DNA from: the human T2T-CHM13v2.0 reference genome, Homo sapiens
Length of the DNA: 64,000 nt
Reading direction: 5' to 3' (one strand)
Assembly (NCBI RefSeq): GCF_009914755.1
Contig: NC_060929.1
Positions 15,516-33,649 of the stretch are shown in pieces. The notes beneath the pieces are model-generated. The model was given only the letters and a program-made list of their open reading frames with translations, was not told where the DNA came from and did not search any database. Position numbers and translations under genes: made by a program. Each line of letters begins with the position of its first letter. Position 1 is the first letter of the stretch.

Positions 15516-16050
15516 CATAACACTGCCCTAAGAGTCCCTTTGCATTATGTATTTCCTAGGTTATATTTTCTGTCTTCCAGGCGTTGATCTTTGTTTTTCC
15601 TACTGTTTTATTTAACCTTTCAACCTACAGACTCCTAATTTCAAGAAAATCACATTTACTTTTCAGCTGCTACGGTCTAAGTCAAACAAAGCTACACTTA
15701 AAACATGTAACATAGAAAAGTTTACTACAATGTGATCGGAAAAGGAAGAGGGTATCACTTGTTCCTTATCCTACCAATTCTGTTTTTCTTTTTGTGCTAA
15801 AAACAGTAGAGACAAGTGGCCATTGATTGACACAGAAGGTAAAATTACAACATAATAAAATATGTATCAGGTACAAAAAAAATCTAGTCTAATAATGAAA
15901 TGGTCAAACAGTCAAAATGTCACAAGTAATTAGGTGGTTCAAAATATACATGGAATGCTGAGTTGTGTTTCTGGGTCAACAAAATGCCAAGTTTCATATT
16001 ACTTTCTACAGTAATTAACTAAATCATTTACATTAATTAATTAATTAATT

Positions 16051-16334
<284 letters not shown>

Positions 16335-16374
16335 CAATCACTACATTTAAATGGAACCTTTTACGTTCTCTTGA

Positions 16375-16644
<270 letters not shown>

Positions 16645-17279
16645 GGAAACTGATTTTTAAAAAACCCCAGTTGCTATAGACTCACAGGAAAAAAAAAAAC
16701 AAAAACTGTTACTGTACTTGGATGCTATCCTGCACTTTTGTACTAGATTATGAGAGTAGAATAAAATAGGAGTAGAAAACTGAAATAAATATTCATACTT
16801 TCAGAAGCAATGGCTGATACTTATCAGAGTATTTATGAGTATTATGAGATAATTGCTGATGTAATGATTAAAGTCTGTACCATGTAATGTTATGTCCGTA
16901 CTATAAAAGAGAACAAGGGAAGTCATCATTATCCATAACTTCTTTCCTGTCAATTGCCCATTACCCCACATTCCAGCATGGCTGTAAGGCAAATACAACA
17001 TAGAGATTTCATCTGTAGGTCAATTCCAGTCTCTTGGTAGTGGTTGCCACATTGCTATATTGAGCAGGATTCTGAGGCAGAGTCACGACTGCTGAAATGA
17101 GTCCCAGGACCAAAGGGTGATGCCTGCCAAGAGCAGGTATCAACTGTGGCAGGATAAATGCAAATTACATGCCATATCTATAAAAACACCAATCTGTTCT
17201 GCCCCTAAACCCTTTCTAGTCAGCAAGTTCAAACACATATACCTATGCACGTGACATTCCCTAACCTCTATTAGGGAAA

Positions 17280-17510
17280 AACAGTATGGCATACTAGTGA
17301 AAAATTTGGCCTTTAACTCTCTGGCGAGCTATTTGCTAGCTAGCTGTGTGTATTTTGAGGCAAGCTACTTAATATTTTCTGATTCTTGGTTCTTATCTAT
17401 AAAATGAGAATAAGAGTATTCACTGAAAGGGCTGTGTGGGGACTCAATCAGTAACATATGATCATGTGGTTAGCAGTCAACGAAAGGTGCTGCTGCTGCT
17501 GCTGCTATTA
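17280..17510. mobile_element. MIR
   Basis: tagctgtgtgtattttgaggcaagctacttaat...tcttatctataaaatgagaataa. Confidence 0.65.
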
Positions 17511-17919
17511 TTTCTATGCTGAGGTTTTTTGTGAGGCCCGTTGTCTTACAGCATCCCCTTCCCCAGAAAAAAACCCATAAAAACCCAAACAAACCCAGAA
17601 AAAGCAACCCAAAGCTCAGCAAACAGAATTCAGCAAACAATAAATACTCAGTATATACTGAATACTGCTGAATGCTAGAGATACAAAGGTAAATATGGCA
17701 GGACCACTTTTAGACTGCTGTTGGACACCCCATTAAAGGATAAGCAAGGGCTATATGAAAACATCTACACTATAATCAATAGTAATAAACCAACTCTCCA
17801 GAATGAAGAGGGGTGATGAAAGCAAGTGGACAGAAAAAAAGGGGGAGAGAGTTCCATCTTGTAGACTGACAGGAGAATGTATACTGTGAAACTTCTTCCT
17901 GGAACAAAGTGAGGTCTTT

Positions 17920-18110
17920 TTTTTATTATTATTAAATATATTTTTAATTTATTTTATTTTAGAGATAGGGTCTTGCTCTGTCCCTGAGGCTAGATTGCAG
18001 TGGCAGGATCATAGCTCACTGCACCCTTGAACTCCTGGGCTCAAACGATCTTCCCGCCTTGGCCTCCCAAAGTCCTGTGATTACAGGCATGTATCCCATG
18101 CCCAGCCCCA
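17920..18110 (-). mobile_element. Internally deleted AluJ / FRAM-like
   Basis: agagatagggtcttgctctgtc...gctcaaacgatcttcccgccttggcctcccaaag. Confidence 0.85.
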
Positions 18111-18449
18111 AGTGAGAGATTTTTATGCTTGCCTTTGATATCCTGTAAGTACTGAATGGATCCTCTATTTAGTACAATTATTTGCACAACTGGGTTAACC
18201 ATACATCCAGAAAAAAAGCAAAAATGAAAGTTTTCTCGTTTGGTCACAAGGCACCAGTTTTCATGGTTATGGAAGGCAAACTCTGGTTTGCAATGTCTAG
18301 TAAAACGAAGCATTTCCCCTTGATTATTTCTTAGGGATTTCCTTCATCAGTAACACAGTGAATTAAAGAACATTAGACCATAAGACCTTTGAGGCTAGGC
18401 ACTTTCAGAATTTGTGAATATTATCCACTATTGTGCATAGTAGTAACAT

Positions 18450-19595
18450 GAACTCAAATGAATCAATGACCATAAAACTTAAAGCCATAAAAGCCTCAGA
18501 AGAAAACATGGGGTAAATTTTCATGACACTGAATTTAGCAATGGATTTTTAGATATGACACCAAAAGCATTAACAACAAAAGAAAAAATAGAGAAACTGG
18601 AATTCATCAAAATTAAAAACTTTTTGCATTAAATATTATCAAAAAAAGCAAAAAGACAACTTACAGAGTGAAATATTTGCAATTTCTTTGATAAAAATCT
18701 AGTATGCAGAATATATAAGGAACTCTTAACAACAAAAAGACAACCCAATTAATAAATGGCAAAGTACTTTAAGAGATATTTCTCCAAAGAAGATAAACAA
18801 CTGGCCAAAATAGGCACCTGAAAAGGTACTCAACATCATTAGTCATTAGGAAAATGCAAATGAAAACCACAGTGAGATATTACTCCATACCAATTAGGAG
18901 AGCTATGACTAGAAAAATGGAAAAGTATTGGTTGAGAATGTGGAAAGACTTGTACACTGCTGGAGCAAAAGTAAAATGGTGCAGCTGGCCACTATGGAAA
19001 ATAGTTTGGCAGTTCCTAAAACAGCTAAAGACAGAATTACTGTAGGACCCAAAAATTCTATTCCTAGGTAGATACCCAAAAGAACTAAAAATAGGTTCTC
19101 AAGTACATGTACATGCATGTTCGTAGCAGCACTATACACAATAGCCCAAAGATAGAAACAACCCAAGCATCCATCAACAGATGAGTGAATAAATAAAATG
19201 TAGTATATACATACAAAGGAATATTATTCCACTGTAAAAAGAAATAAAGTACTGATACATGTTAAAATGTGAATGAACCTTGAAAACATGCTAAGTGAAA
19301 GAAGCCAGACACAAAGGTCTATATTGTATGATTCCATTTACATAAAATATCCAGAATAGGGAAATTCATAGAAACAAAAAGTAGACTAGGTTGCCAGCAG
19401 CCGGAGAAGCAGGTAATGAAGAATAACTGCTTAATGAATATGAGCTTTCCTTTTGGGGTAATAAAAATACTTTAGAAACAGAGATAGTTATTGCATAACA
19501 TTGTGAATATACTTAATGACACTGAGTTGTTCATTTTATGGTTAATTTACTGAATTAAAGTGGTTAAATTTATCTGAATTTCATTTTTAAAAAAA
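18450..19595 (+). mobile_element. L1M (L1MB-like) 3' end
   Basis: ORF2 C-terminal remnants (MQMKTTVRYYSIPIR) and 3' UTR (gaaagaagccagacacaaagg...tatgattccatttacataaaatatccagaatagg). Confidence 0.9.
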
Positions 19596-19611
19596 AAGAG
19601 AGAGAGACTTA

Positions 19612-20068
19612 CAAATTGAATTGTGTCTCCCAAAAATATAGGTTGAAGTTCTAACCTCCAGAACCTGTGAATGTGATCTTATTTGGAAATACGGTCTTTT
19701 GCAGATGTAATCAAGTTAAGATGAGGTCTTTGGAGGGGGTGTAGGGGGCTTAATCCAATACAATTGACATCCTTAGAGGAAGAGAAGAGGCACACACATG
19801 TGCACACAGAGGGAGAGTGCCATGTGATGGCAAAGGCACAGACTGGAGTGGGTGCATCTATAAGCCAAGAAACGCCAAGGATTGCTAGCAACACCAGAAA
19901 CTAAGAGGAAGACATGGAACAGACTCTCCTGTACAGCCTTCAGGGAAAGGATGGCTCTACTGACATCTCTGATTCCAGACTTCTAGCCAGAACTATGAAA
20001 GAATAAATTCTGCTGTTTTAAGCCACCCAGTTTATGGTACTTTGTTACAGCAGCCCTAGGAAACTAAA
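19612..20068 (+). mobile_element. MLT1 (B/C-like) solo LTR
   Basis: gaattgtgtctcccaaaa...gcagatgtaatcaagttaagatgagg...tttgttacagcagccctaggaaactaa. Confidence 0.88.
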
Positions 20069-21749
20069 AAATAATGGAAAAAACAACGGAGGAAGTACGC
20101 TTAGAGAAGGAAGTATGAGCGGTATGTGGAGCAACTAGACCGTGAGGGGAGCTCAGATATGAACTTCAGAGTACTTCTATGGGAAGAACTTGAGAAAATT
20201 ATTCTAACCTTGCGGCTTAAGGCAGCAACAAGATTTCAAGAAAGAAGAGTTGTAGCTATTTATTTGTGTAATAGGCAATTACTGAACATTTATTGTCTTT
20301 TTAAGGACCTTTGCTAATTATGAGTTTTTATTAGACAAGGTTTCCTTAAAATGCTGATAAGCTCGCCATTTGATAATGACACAAATCTAGGCCACATATG
20401 ACCAATGTAACCTGAGTAATACAAACTAAGTGCTACCAGTGTGCAATGTAACCTGAGTGATACAAACTAAGGCTGTTTGCTGGCTGAAGTGATCTGAAAT
20501 GGCATCACAGGGTCTGGGCACTTAAGATTTGGCAGACTTTTAGAAGTAAGGGAATGATTCCTCACAGCAAGAGCAGTGCCCAGTTTACAAAGGAAATACA
20601 ATTAATTATTTGTTGGGCAACACTGAATGATCCAGAAAAGATAATTCCATAAATGTAGGATTTACATTAGAGATTAGTGATATCTGGCTGGAAAAGTAGG
20701 CTGGAATCAAATTATATAAACAGTCTGGGCTATTCTCAAAATATGTGACATCAAGAACAGGACTGAGCCTTGGGGTGGTGGGAGCGTTCTTTACTAACTT
20801 CTAAGCCAGTAAATGATACTGGATTTTTCTTTATCACCTCAATAAAGAAAGTTTGGACAGATGTCTCACAGAGCTATAAACTAAGTGGATGATGATGTTC
20901 ACATCTCTGTTTTACAACTGGGAATTGCAAATCCAAGAAGCCATTAATATAACTCGTAAAACACAAGGAATGTTGACTGTCTTAATTGAAAAAGAAGCCT
21001 GGCTCTGTTACGAAAACAAGGAAAATGACTTCAGGTAGACCTATGACATTAATAAATTTAAGGCAGAACACCTTATTTTAAATGAATGATTAGTTCACTA
21101 AAATGAAAGCAAGATTTTGATTTGAAATTCGTTAATGGTTTTTTCCTCCTATGAAGGTGGTGTATTCGAAATTTGAATACAGATGCTAGAAAATAAAGCT
21201 TCACCTAAGATAGTATCTCATAGGACAGAGGAGGGGAAGATATAAGAAAGTGGAAGGAGAAACAATAGGTCTTGGTGGAGTAGACAAAAAAATGAACCAA
21301 GCATGATGGGATATTAGAAGTTAATCATGAAGAATAACAGTGAGGCATGATAATTTGAAAGAGCACACATATCCAGATATGCAGCAGTCCCTTTATTTTC
21401 ACAGAATTGAAAAGACATTCTCAAAGGCCTCCTTCTCTGACTTTTAAGACCCAGACTTTCCTTAGCTGAACCATCCGTAACGTGGTGAAGTAGGTATCTT
21501 TCTCCACCTCCCCCAAGGATTGCTAGATATAGTAAATACATGACTGCCCCAACTCCTAGCCTGAGTAAAGGAGTTAAACAGCAATCTTTCTAGGACAGGA
21601 ATCTAAGTGAAGGCTGCCAAAGTGGCACCATGTGCTTTTTCATGCTCTACGTATCTACTGGCTGCTGGCCCAGTTCCTAGCTACAGGTAGAGAAATAACA
21701 AGGAAAATGTTATTGAACTACAGGAGAAGCAGCAAAGAAGATGAAGCCC

Positions 21750-22091
<342 letters not shown>

Positions 22092-22412
22092 TCACAGTAG
22101 AAAATATGCTGAATTTTATGGCTGCAGAGTCCCTAAATCTTCCCAAAGTGAGGCTCAGGGCTTCAGAGATGGCTATCTACAGAGCAGTGTCCCTTTGTAT
22201 CTAAAGTGCTTCAACTTTTCCAGAGCACTTCTACATGTATGAGGTGAGTGATTCCTACACAACTTTATATGTTTATTTTAAAGATAAGAAAACTGAGGTC
22301 AGCAATGCTAAAGAATCTGACAAGAATCAGACTATATTCATTTTGGCATAACTATACGGAGTCTTCCAATTCCAATCTAGTGCTTACTGCTAACCACATG
22401 ACTTCTCTGGAC

Positions 22413-22766
22413 TGATATTCTAAGTTCAACCATGTAATTAATTTGAAACCGCCTAAAAATTTATCCTTATTTGCTCATTAAATAAGTTCATATAACATAT
22501 GAACAGAGAAAGACAATGTATACACAGTCAGGATTTTAAATGGTATTAATTTGCTTATAGACTTCAGTCCATTGTTCATTCAACAAATATGATACTCTAA
22601 GTTCATCTATGTAATTAATTTGAAACCACCTAAAAATTTATCCTTATTTGCTCATTAAATAAGTTCAAACAATGTATGAACAGAGAAAGACAATGTATAC
22701 ACAGTCAGGATTTTAAATGGCATTAATTTGCTCATAGACTTCATTCCATCATTCATTCAACAAATA
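22413..22766. repeat. Tandem duplication, 2 x 177 bp
   Basis: 22413-22589 and 22590-22766 align with scattered substitutions. Confidence 0.95.
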
Positions 22767-24513
22767 TTTATTGAGGCTCAGCTATGTTCCAAGCACAGCT
22801 AAGTTCTGGGAATATAAAATCAAATAAGATATAACCATTACCCTCAAAAAGTACACCTTAGTTGGTGGTTCTCCAGAAATACATTTTGTCCAAAGTAAAA
22901 AATGCCTGCAGTCAAAATCAAATTTATGACTGCCAAAGATTCAGATATCAAAACAAATTAAAAAGAATCTGTGCTGCCTTGCAGTAATAAGATATAGAGG
23001 TCATTAAGAAAAAAAAAAAGTATGCTCTCAGATGCTGCCTTCCAAATAAATGTTCAGGGAACTTATGTGAATCACTGCAGAATACTTGGCCAAAAAGATC
23101 TGCAAGTAGAGCCCAAACAATTACTATTTGCAAAGAAAGGTAATACTTAGAAATGAAAATACAGAGAGAAGAATGATTTTTAGAGGCATTAAAAACTCCT
23201 CTCCCAGTGACTCCCAAACCCAACAAACATGTGCACCAAGATCAGCCTCAACAATTCCCCTCCTTGGTTTCAAACCTAAATTCTGTCCAGAGTTGAAAGC
23301 TAACTTTGTTTCTTAGGTGGGGAAAGAGCACCCTAAAAAGAAAAAAAAATTATAAGTCAAATCCTTAAAACATAAGAATTATAAATACAACAAACTTAAT
23401 TTATCATTGCACTGTATCAGAATACAATCTTACCCTCAAAATCATTATCTTTCTTACAATCTTCTAAAAGTCCAGAGGCTTTATAGACTTCTACAAACAA
23501 GTAAAAACAAATACTCGGCAACATTTGCATTTATCCTTATTTTTCTCTTTGCTACACAAATGTTTCTGAATAGGAAGTAAAGTGTTTTGGCACCACTGGG
23601 GAAGGCGGTATGAACATGCCAGAAATATCAGTGTACTTTCAGGAGGATGAAACATACCAGTATAATTCTGTGATAATTTAAATTTAACCTGCTTGGAGGT
23701 CTGTGGAGCTGACAAACAATGTTTTTATAAAATTGAGTGATAATGGGAAATAAGTGCTCCTTCAGGCTTAGAGAAGAACCCCAAACTTCAAAAAATTATG
23801 GATCAAGGTCTTCTGTCATTCATTAACTGTTTGATTTTGGAAGTGTTTCCTCTTTGATTTACTTTCTTCTACAAAAGAGGAGCAAACATATCTGCCCTTG
23901 GAATCTTGCAGGTCTTATATGAGGATGATAAAAATGAGATGACAATGCACTCTTACATAGATACAAGTGATTATTATTTGACCTTTATTTTGATGTGATC
24001 CACAGTATCACTCTAATTGATAGGGGGTCAATTGAACTTTAGAGAGGTTTATTTATTCTCACTTCAATTTGACTAAGTATCTCTGAAGGCAGGGGGTTAG
24101 TGTAAACAGCTACTTGTACATCCACTTAAGGAAGCCCATTACTGAATGATGTAAACTAGTCAGTTCTGGGGCTAGCAGCTCAGATGGGGAGAAGGAGGGA
24201 AGGGAGGGAATATGCATCTGGTTTTCCTGTATGCTTGCTCTGATTACATTATTTGCAGGGTGCAGTATAATTCAGGATTGTTGCATATGAGTTTTCCTTG
24301 TAAAGTGGTTTATTTTCAGCACTGCCAGAAGGTGTGAACAGGAACTAAAATTGGCTGTAGCCACTGTGTACTAAGGTACAAGGCTGCATCTTTCCGAAAA
24401 AGGTACTTTTCCCTGATTATCTGTCTAGAAGAGGCAGTGTTTTTCTTGCTTGCACAAAGATGCCCTAAGGCTACCTGAGGTCCTGGTCACATATCTGAGA
24501 CTTTCAGCCACCA

Positions 24514-24532
24514 TCTCGCCCCCTGCTGGAGA
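24514..24532 (-). promoter_or_regulatory. CTCF core motif
   Basis: Minus strand TCTCCAGCAGGGGGCGAGA, matching the CCASYAGRKGGCR core with an intact CpG, in non-repetitive sequence. Confidence 0.75.
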
Positions 24533-24599
24533 AAGGGAGGAGGAAATGTATATTCAAACAGGTATCTGACTAATATTTCTAAAAATTAATGAGGCTGTT

Positions 24600-26900
<2,301 letters not shown>

Positions 26901-27297
26901 AAATCCGTAAAGTTCAAATAATCAGTATTAATAAATAATACCCATGAAAGTTAGCTGTCTATCAGTTAATAAAGTCATCTTTCTGCTTCTGAAACTGTTA
27001 AAAAAGGAGCACGTGCCAGCCATCTGCTGATATCCAGCATCTGTTGCAGGGCTCATAAAAATTATATATAGGCTCACACTGGGACACAAAACAGCCATCC
27101 AACGAATTATTTCTCCTCAAGCTCCAAAGTGCACAATCAAATAGCTCAGGAGTTATTTTAAGCTCTAGTTTTTACATTTTTCCCCTCTAAACAAACAAAC
27201 AAACAAACAAACAAAGTAAGGATGGTTGCAATGAAACACTGGGATTCCCCCCCCATCTCCTGCCACATTTTAAAGATCAAGAAGTGAGGGTATAGAT

Positions 27298-28024
27298 CAA
27301 GGGTTGGCAAACTAAGGCCTATGGGATACTTTAGGTCTGCGGTCTGTCTCTACAGCCTGTGAGCCAAGAATCGTTTTTACATTTTTAAAGGGGAAGAGCC
27401 ATATCAGGCCTGATACTGTTATCCTTAGAAAGGTCTACTTGCAAGGTTGGCCCTTCACTGGTGTCTGGAAATTTGGATTTTGAGGACTTTCCCACCATTC
27501 CTTAAAACTGGTAAGAGTAGCTCATTGTGCATAAACTGTGTGAATAATGTGGTTTATGCTGAACACTTCTTTCCTTCTGGGATTATGGAATTTTGTTATG
27601 TGCTAGGCAGAGGATGCCTACATGACCAGCTCTCAGTAAAAACCTTGGACACTGAGTCTCTAATGAGCTTCCCAGGTAGACACATTTCATGTGTGTTGTC
27701 ACAATTCGATACTGGATAAATTAAGGACATCCTGTGTGATTTCACTGGCAGAGGAATTCTGCAAATTTTTGCTTGGCTTCCTCCAGACTGCCCCTAACCT
27801 TTCCCCTTTGCTGATTTCACTTGGCTGTGAGTATGGCTTAGCTGCAAGTACGAGTATAGGCTGTGTCCTGTGAGTCTGCCATGGAACCTGAAGATCGTAC
27901 TGGAGACTCCTGACACAGAATGGGTGAAGAAAAAAGATAGCAACGACTACAACAGAAACTGTGTGGCCTGCAAAGCCCACATTATTTACTATTTGGCCCT
28001 TTACAGAAAGTTTGTCAACCCCTG
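27298..28024. mobile_element. MER58-like hAT transposon split by an LTR
   Basis: Terminal inverted repeats caagggttggcaaact ... agtttgtcaacccctg. Confidence 0.75.
27388..27917 (+). mobile_element. ERVL-class solo LTR (MER68-like)
   Basis: aggcctgatactgttatccttagaaaggtctacttgcaaggttggccctt...ggagactcctgacaca resembles recalled MER68. Confidence 0.7.
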
Positions 28025-28553
28025 GTATAAATGAAACAAAGATGGGCTAAGGGTTGAAGGTAGGTATTGACACTGGGTAATGAATACATGAGTATATATA
28101 CTATTTTGTCTAGTGTTATATATGTTTAAAATTTTCTATAATAAAAATAAGGCAAACTCATTCTAAAACTGTGTATCTTGTGATAGTAATAAATTTATTA
28201 TTTACATATTAGATTTCTAGTCAACTAGGATCTTATAAGATTATCCAGCATTTTACTCCCATTTCTCCTGAGAAATTCAAGTCTTATCTCATCCCTGGAA
28301 GCTACCCTGTTCTTACATGATCACACCTCTCAGTGGATTGATCTAGGGGTAGTTACCTGGCCCAAGTAAATATATAAGCCTATCCTTCTTGCCAAAGTGG
28401 ACCATCACTCAAGCTGGGCCACTGGTCCGGGATTTTTCGAGAAAGTGAGAAAAAATTAGCCTCAAATATGTTTAAGTAATTTTGTTTTTTAACAAATGTG
28501 AAAACTGATTATTTTCTGTGTGGTAAGAGAAGATAATAAAACCCTATAAAGTA

Positions 28554-30078
<1,525 letters not shown>

Positions 30079-30751
30079 TTCCAAACATCCAGAAAGTAAG
30101 CAGAACATGGAAGCATCCCCCTTGAAAACCAGCACAAGACAAGGATGCCCTCTCTTACCACTCCTATTCAACACAGCATTGGAAGTTCTGCCCAGGGGAA
30201 TCAGGCACGAGAAAGAAATAAAGGGTATTCAAATAGGAAGAGAGGAAATCAAATTGTCTTTGTTTGCAGACGACACGATCCTATATTTAGAAAAGCCCAC
30301 TGTCTCAGCTCAAAAGCTTCTTAAGCTGATAAGCAACTTCATGAAAGTCTCAGGATACAAAAATCAATGCACAAAAATCACAAGCATTCCTATGTACCAA
30401 CAACACACAAGCAGAGAGCCAAATCATGAGTGAACTCCCATTCACAACTGCTACAAAGAGAATAAAATACCTAGGAATACACTAACAAGCAAAGTGAAGG
30501 ACTTCTTCAAGGAGAACTACAAACCACTGCTCAAGGAAGTAAGAGAGGACACAAACAAATGAAAAAACATTCCATGCTCATGGATAGGAGGAATCAATAT
30601 CGTGAACATGGCCATACTGCCCAAAGTAATTTATAGATTCAATGCTACTCCCATCAAACTACCATTGACATTCTTTACAGCATTAGAAAAAAACTATTTT
30701 AAAATTCATATGGAACCCAAAAAGAGCCCATATAGCCAAGACAATCCTAAG

Positions 30752-31270
30752 TGTTAGGAATAATGCTCAAAATCCTAAACAAATTGAACACTCAAACAAA
30801 GGATTCTTAGCAAAGCAATTTTACTTCTGCGCAGAGGGGTGCCTCCTTGGCCAGCTGCCATGACAGCATACCTGAACAAAGGGGCATGAAAGCCTTTATT
30901 CCTAATGCAAGTCCTGCCCCTGTACCCTTTCCCCACTGGCCGGGGTTGGGCCGTACAATTTAAACTAATCCCGGTTGGCTAAACATTTGATTTTTTTTTT
31001 TAGATAGGGTGGGCACGTAAAGCAAGTGGAGGGAAAGGGGAAGGGGTGTCTATAGTGAACCAGAAAGTTAGTCCTCTTTCCAAATAAGGAAAGGAATGTG
31101 AGCTGGTACTGATAACGCTTGGTACTGTGGCGTGCCTGGGCATTTAACAAAGGAAAAAAGGAAAAAAGGAGAAAAAAGGAGAAAAATGTGTGTGTGTGGG
31201 GGGGGTACTATGAATTAAAGAATAAAAGATTGAACAGATTATTTGAAGAGAAACCTTATCATATCCCACA
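30752..31270 (-). mobile_element. ERV1 solo LTR (LTR10 family, HERV-I; B/D-like)
   Basis: TG...CA termini (minus strand TGTGGGATATGAT...ATTCCTAACA), 5-bp TSD ctaag/ttaag, interrupts L1 ORF2. Confidence 0.8.
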
Positions 31271-31916
31271 TTAAGTAAAAAACAAAACAAAACAAAAAGC
31301 TGGAGGCATCACGCTACCCAACTTCAAACCATACTACAAGGCTACAATAACCCAAACAGCATAGTACTGGTACAAAAACAGACACATAGACCAATGGAAC
31401 AGGCTAGAGAACTCAGAAATAAGATCACACATCTACAACCATCCGATCTTTGACAAACCTGACAAAAACAAGTAATGGGGAAAAGATTCCCTATTTAATA
31501 AATGGTGCTGGGAGAACTGGCTAACCACATGCAGAAAATTGAAACTGGACCCCTTCCTTACCCCTTACACAAAAATTAAGTCAAAATGGATTAAAGATTC
31601 AAATGTAAAATCTAAAACTATAGAAACCCTAGAAGAAAATCGAGGCAGTATCATTCAGGACATAGGCACAGGCAAAGATCTCATGATGAAAATGTCAAAA
31701 GCAATTGCAACATAAACAGAAAATGACAAATGGGATCTAATTAAACTGAAGAGCTTCTGCAGAGCCAAAGAAAATATCATCAGAGTGAACAGACAAGCTA
31801 TAGAACAGGAGGAAATTTGTGCAACCTATCCATCTGACAAAGGTCTAATATCCAGAGTCTGCAAGGAACTTAAATTTACCAGAAAAAAAAAAAATGCCAC
31901 TAAAAAGTGAGCAAAG

Positions 31917-32296
<380 letters not shown>

Positions 32297-32573
32297 TCAT
32301 TACAGAAATGCAAATAAAAACCACAATGAGATACCATCTCATACCAGTAAAAACAGCAATTATTAAAAAGTGAAAAACAACAGATGCTGGTGAGTCTGAG
32401 GAGAGATAGGAACGTTTTTACACTGTTGATGGGAATATAAATTAGTTCAACCATTGTGGAAGACTGTGTGGCAATTCCTCAAAGACCTAGAACCAGAAAT
32501 ACCATTTGACCCAGCAATCCTATTACTGAGTATATACCCAAAGGAATATAAATCATTCTATTATAAAGATACA

Positions 32574-32850
<277 letters not shown>

Positions 32851-33272
32851 TCAACTAAATGCCCATCAATGATATATTGGATAAAGAAAATGTGGTACAA
32901 TACGCCATGGAGTACTGTGCAGCCATAAAAAAGGAACGAGATCATGTCCTTTGCAGGGAAAGGGATGGAGCTGGAAGCCATTATCCTCAGCAAACTAACC
33001 CAGGAACAGAAAATCAAACACCGCATGCTCTCATAAGTGGGAGCTGAACAATGAGAACACTTGGACACAGGGAGGGGAATAACACATACTGGAGCCTGTG
33101 AGATGAGGGGGTGGAGGAGGGAGAGTATCAGAAAAAATAGCTAATGCGTGCTGGGCTTAATACTTAGGTGACAGGTTGATAGCTGCAGCAAACCACTGGG
33201 CACATGTTTATTTATGTAACAAATCTGCACATGTATCCTGAAACTTAAATTAAAAAACAAAAACAAAAATAA

Positions 33273-33642
<370 letters not shown>

Positions 33643-33649
33643 TCATACT

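Noticed and set aside
17628-17675. Inverted repeat around tactcagtatatactgaata
   Set aside because: Short, AT-rich and overlapping a decayed L2 3' end; likely chance.
30107-30433. Reverse-transcriptase-like ORF
   Set aside because: Fragment of a truncated, frameshifted L1 ORF2 interrupted by nested elements; not an intact gene.
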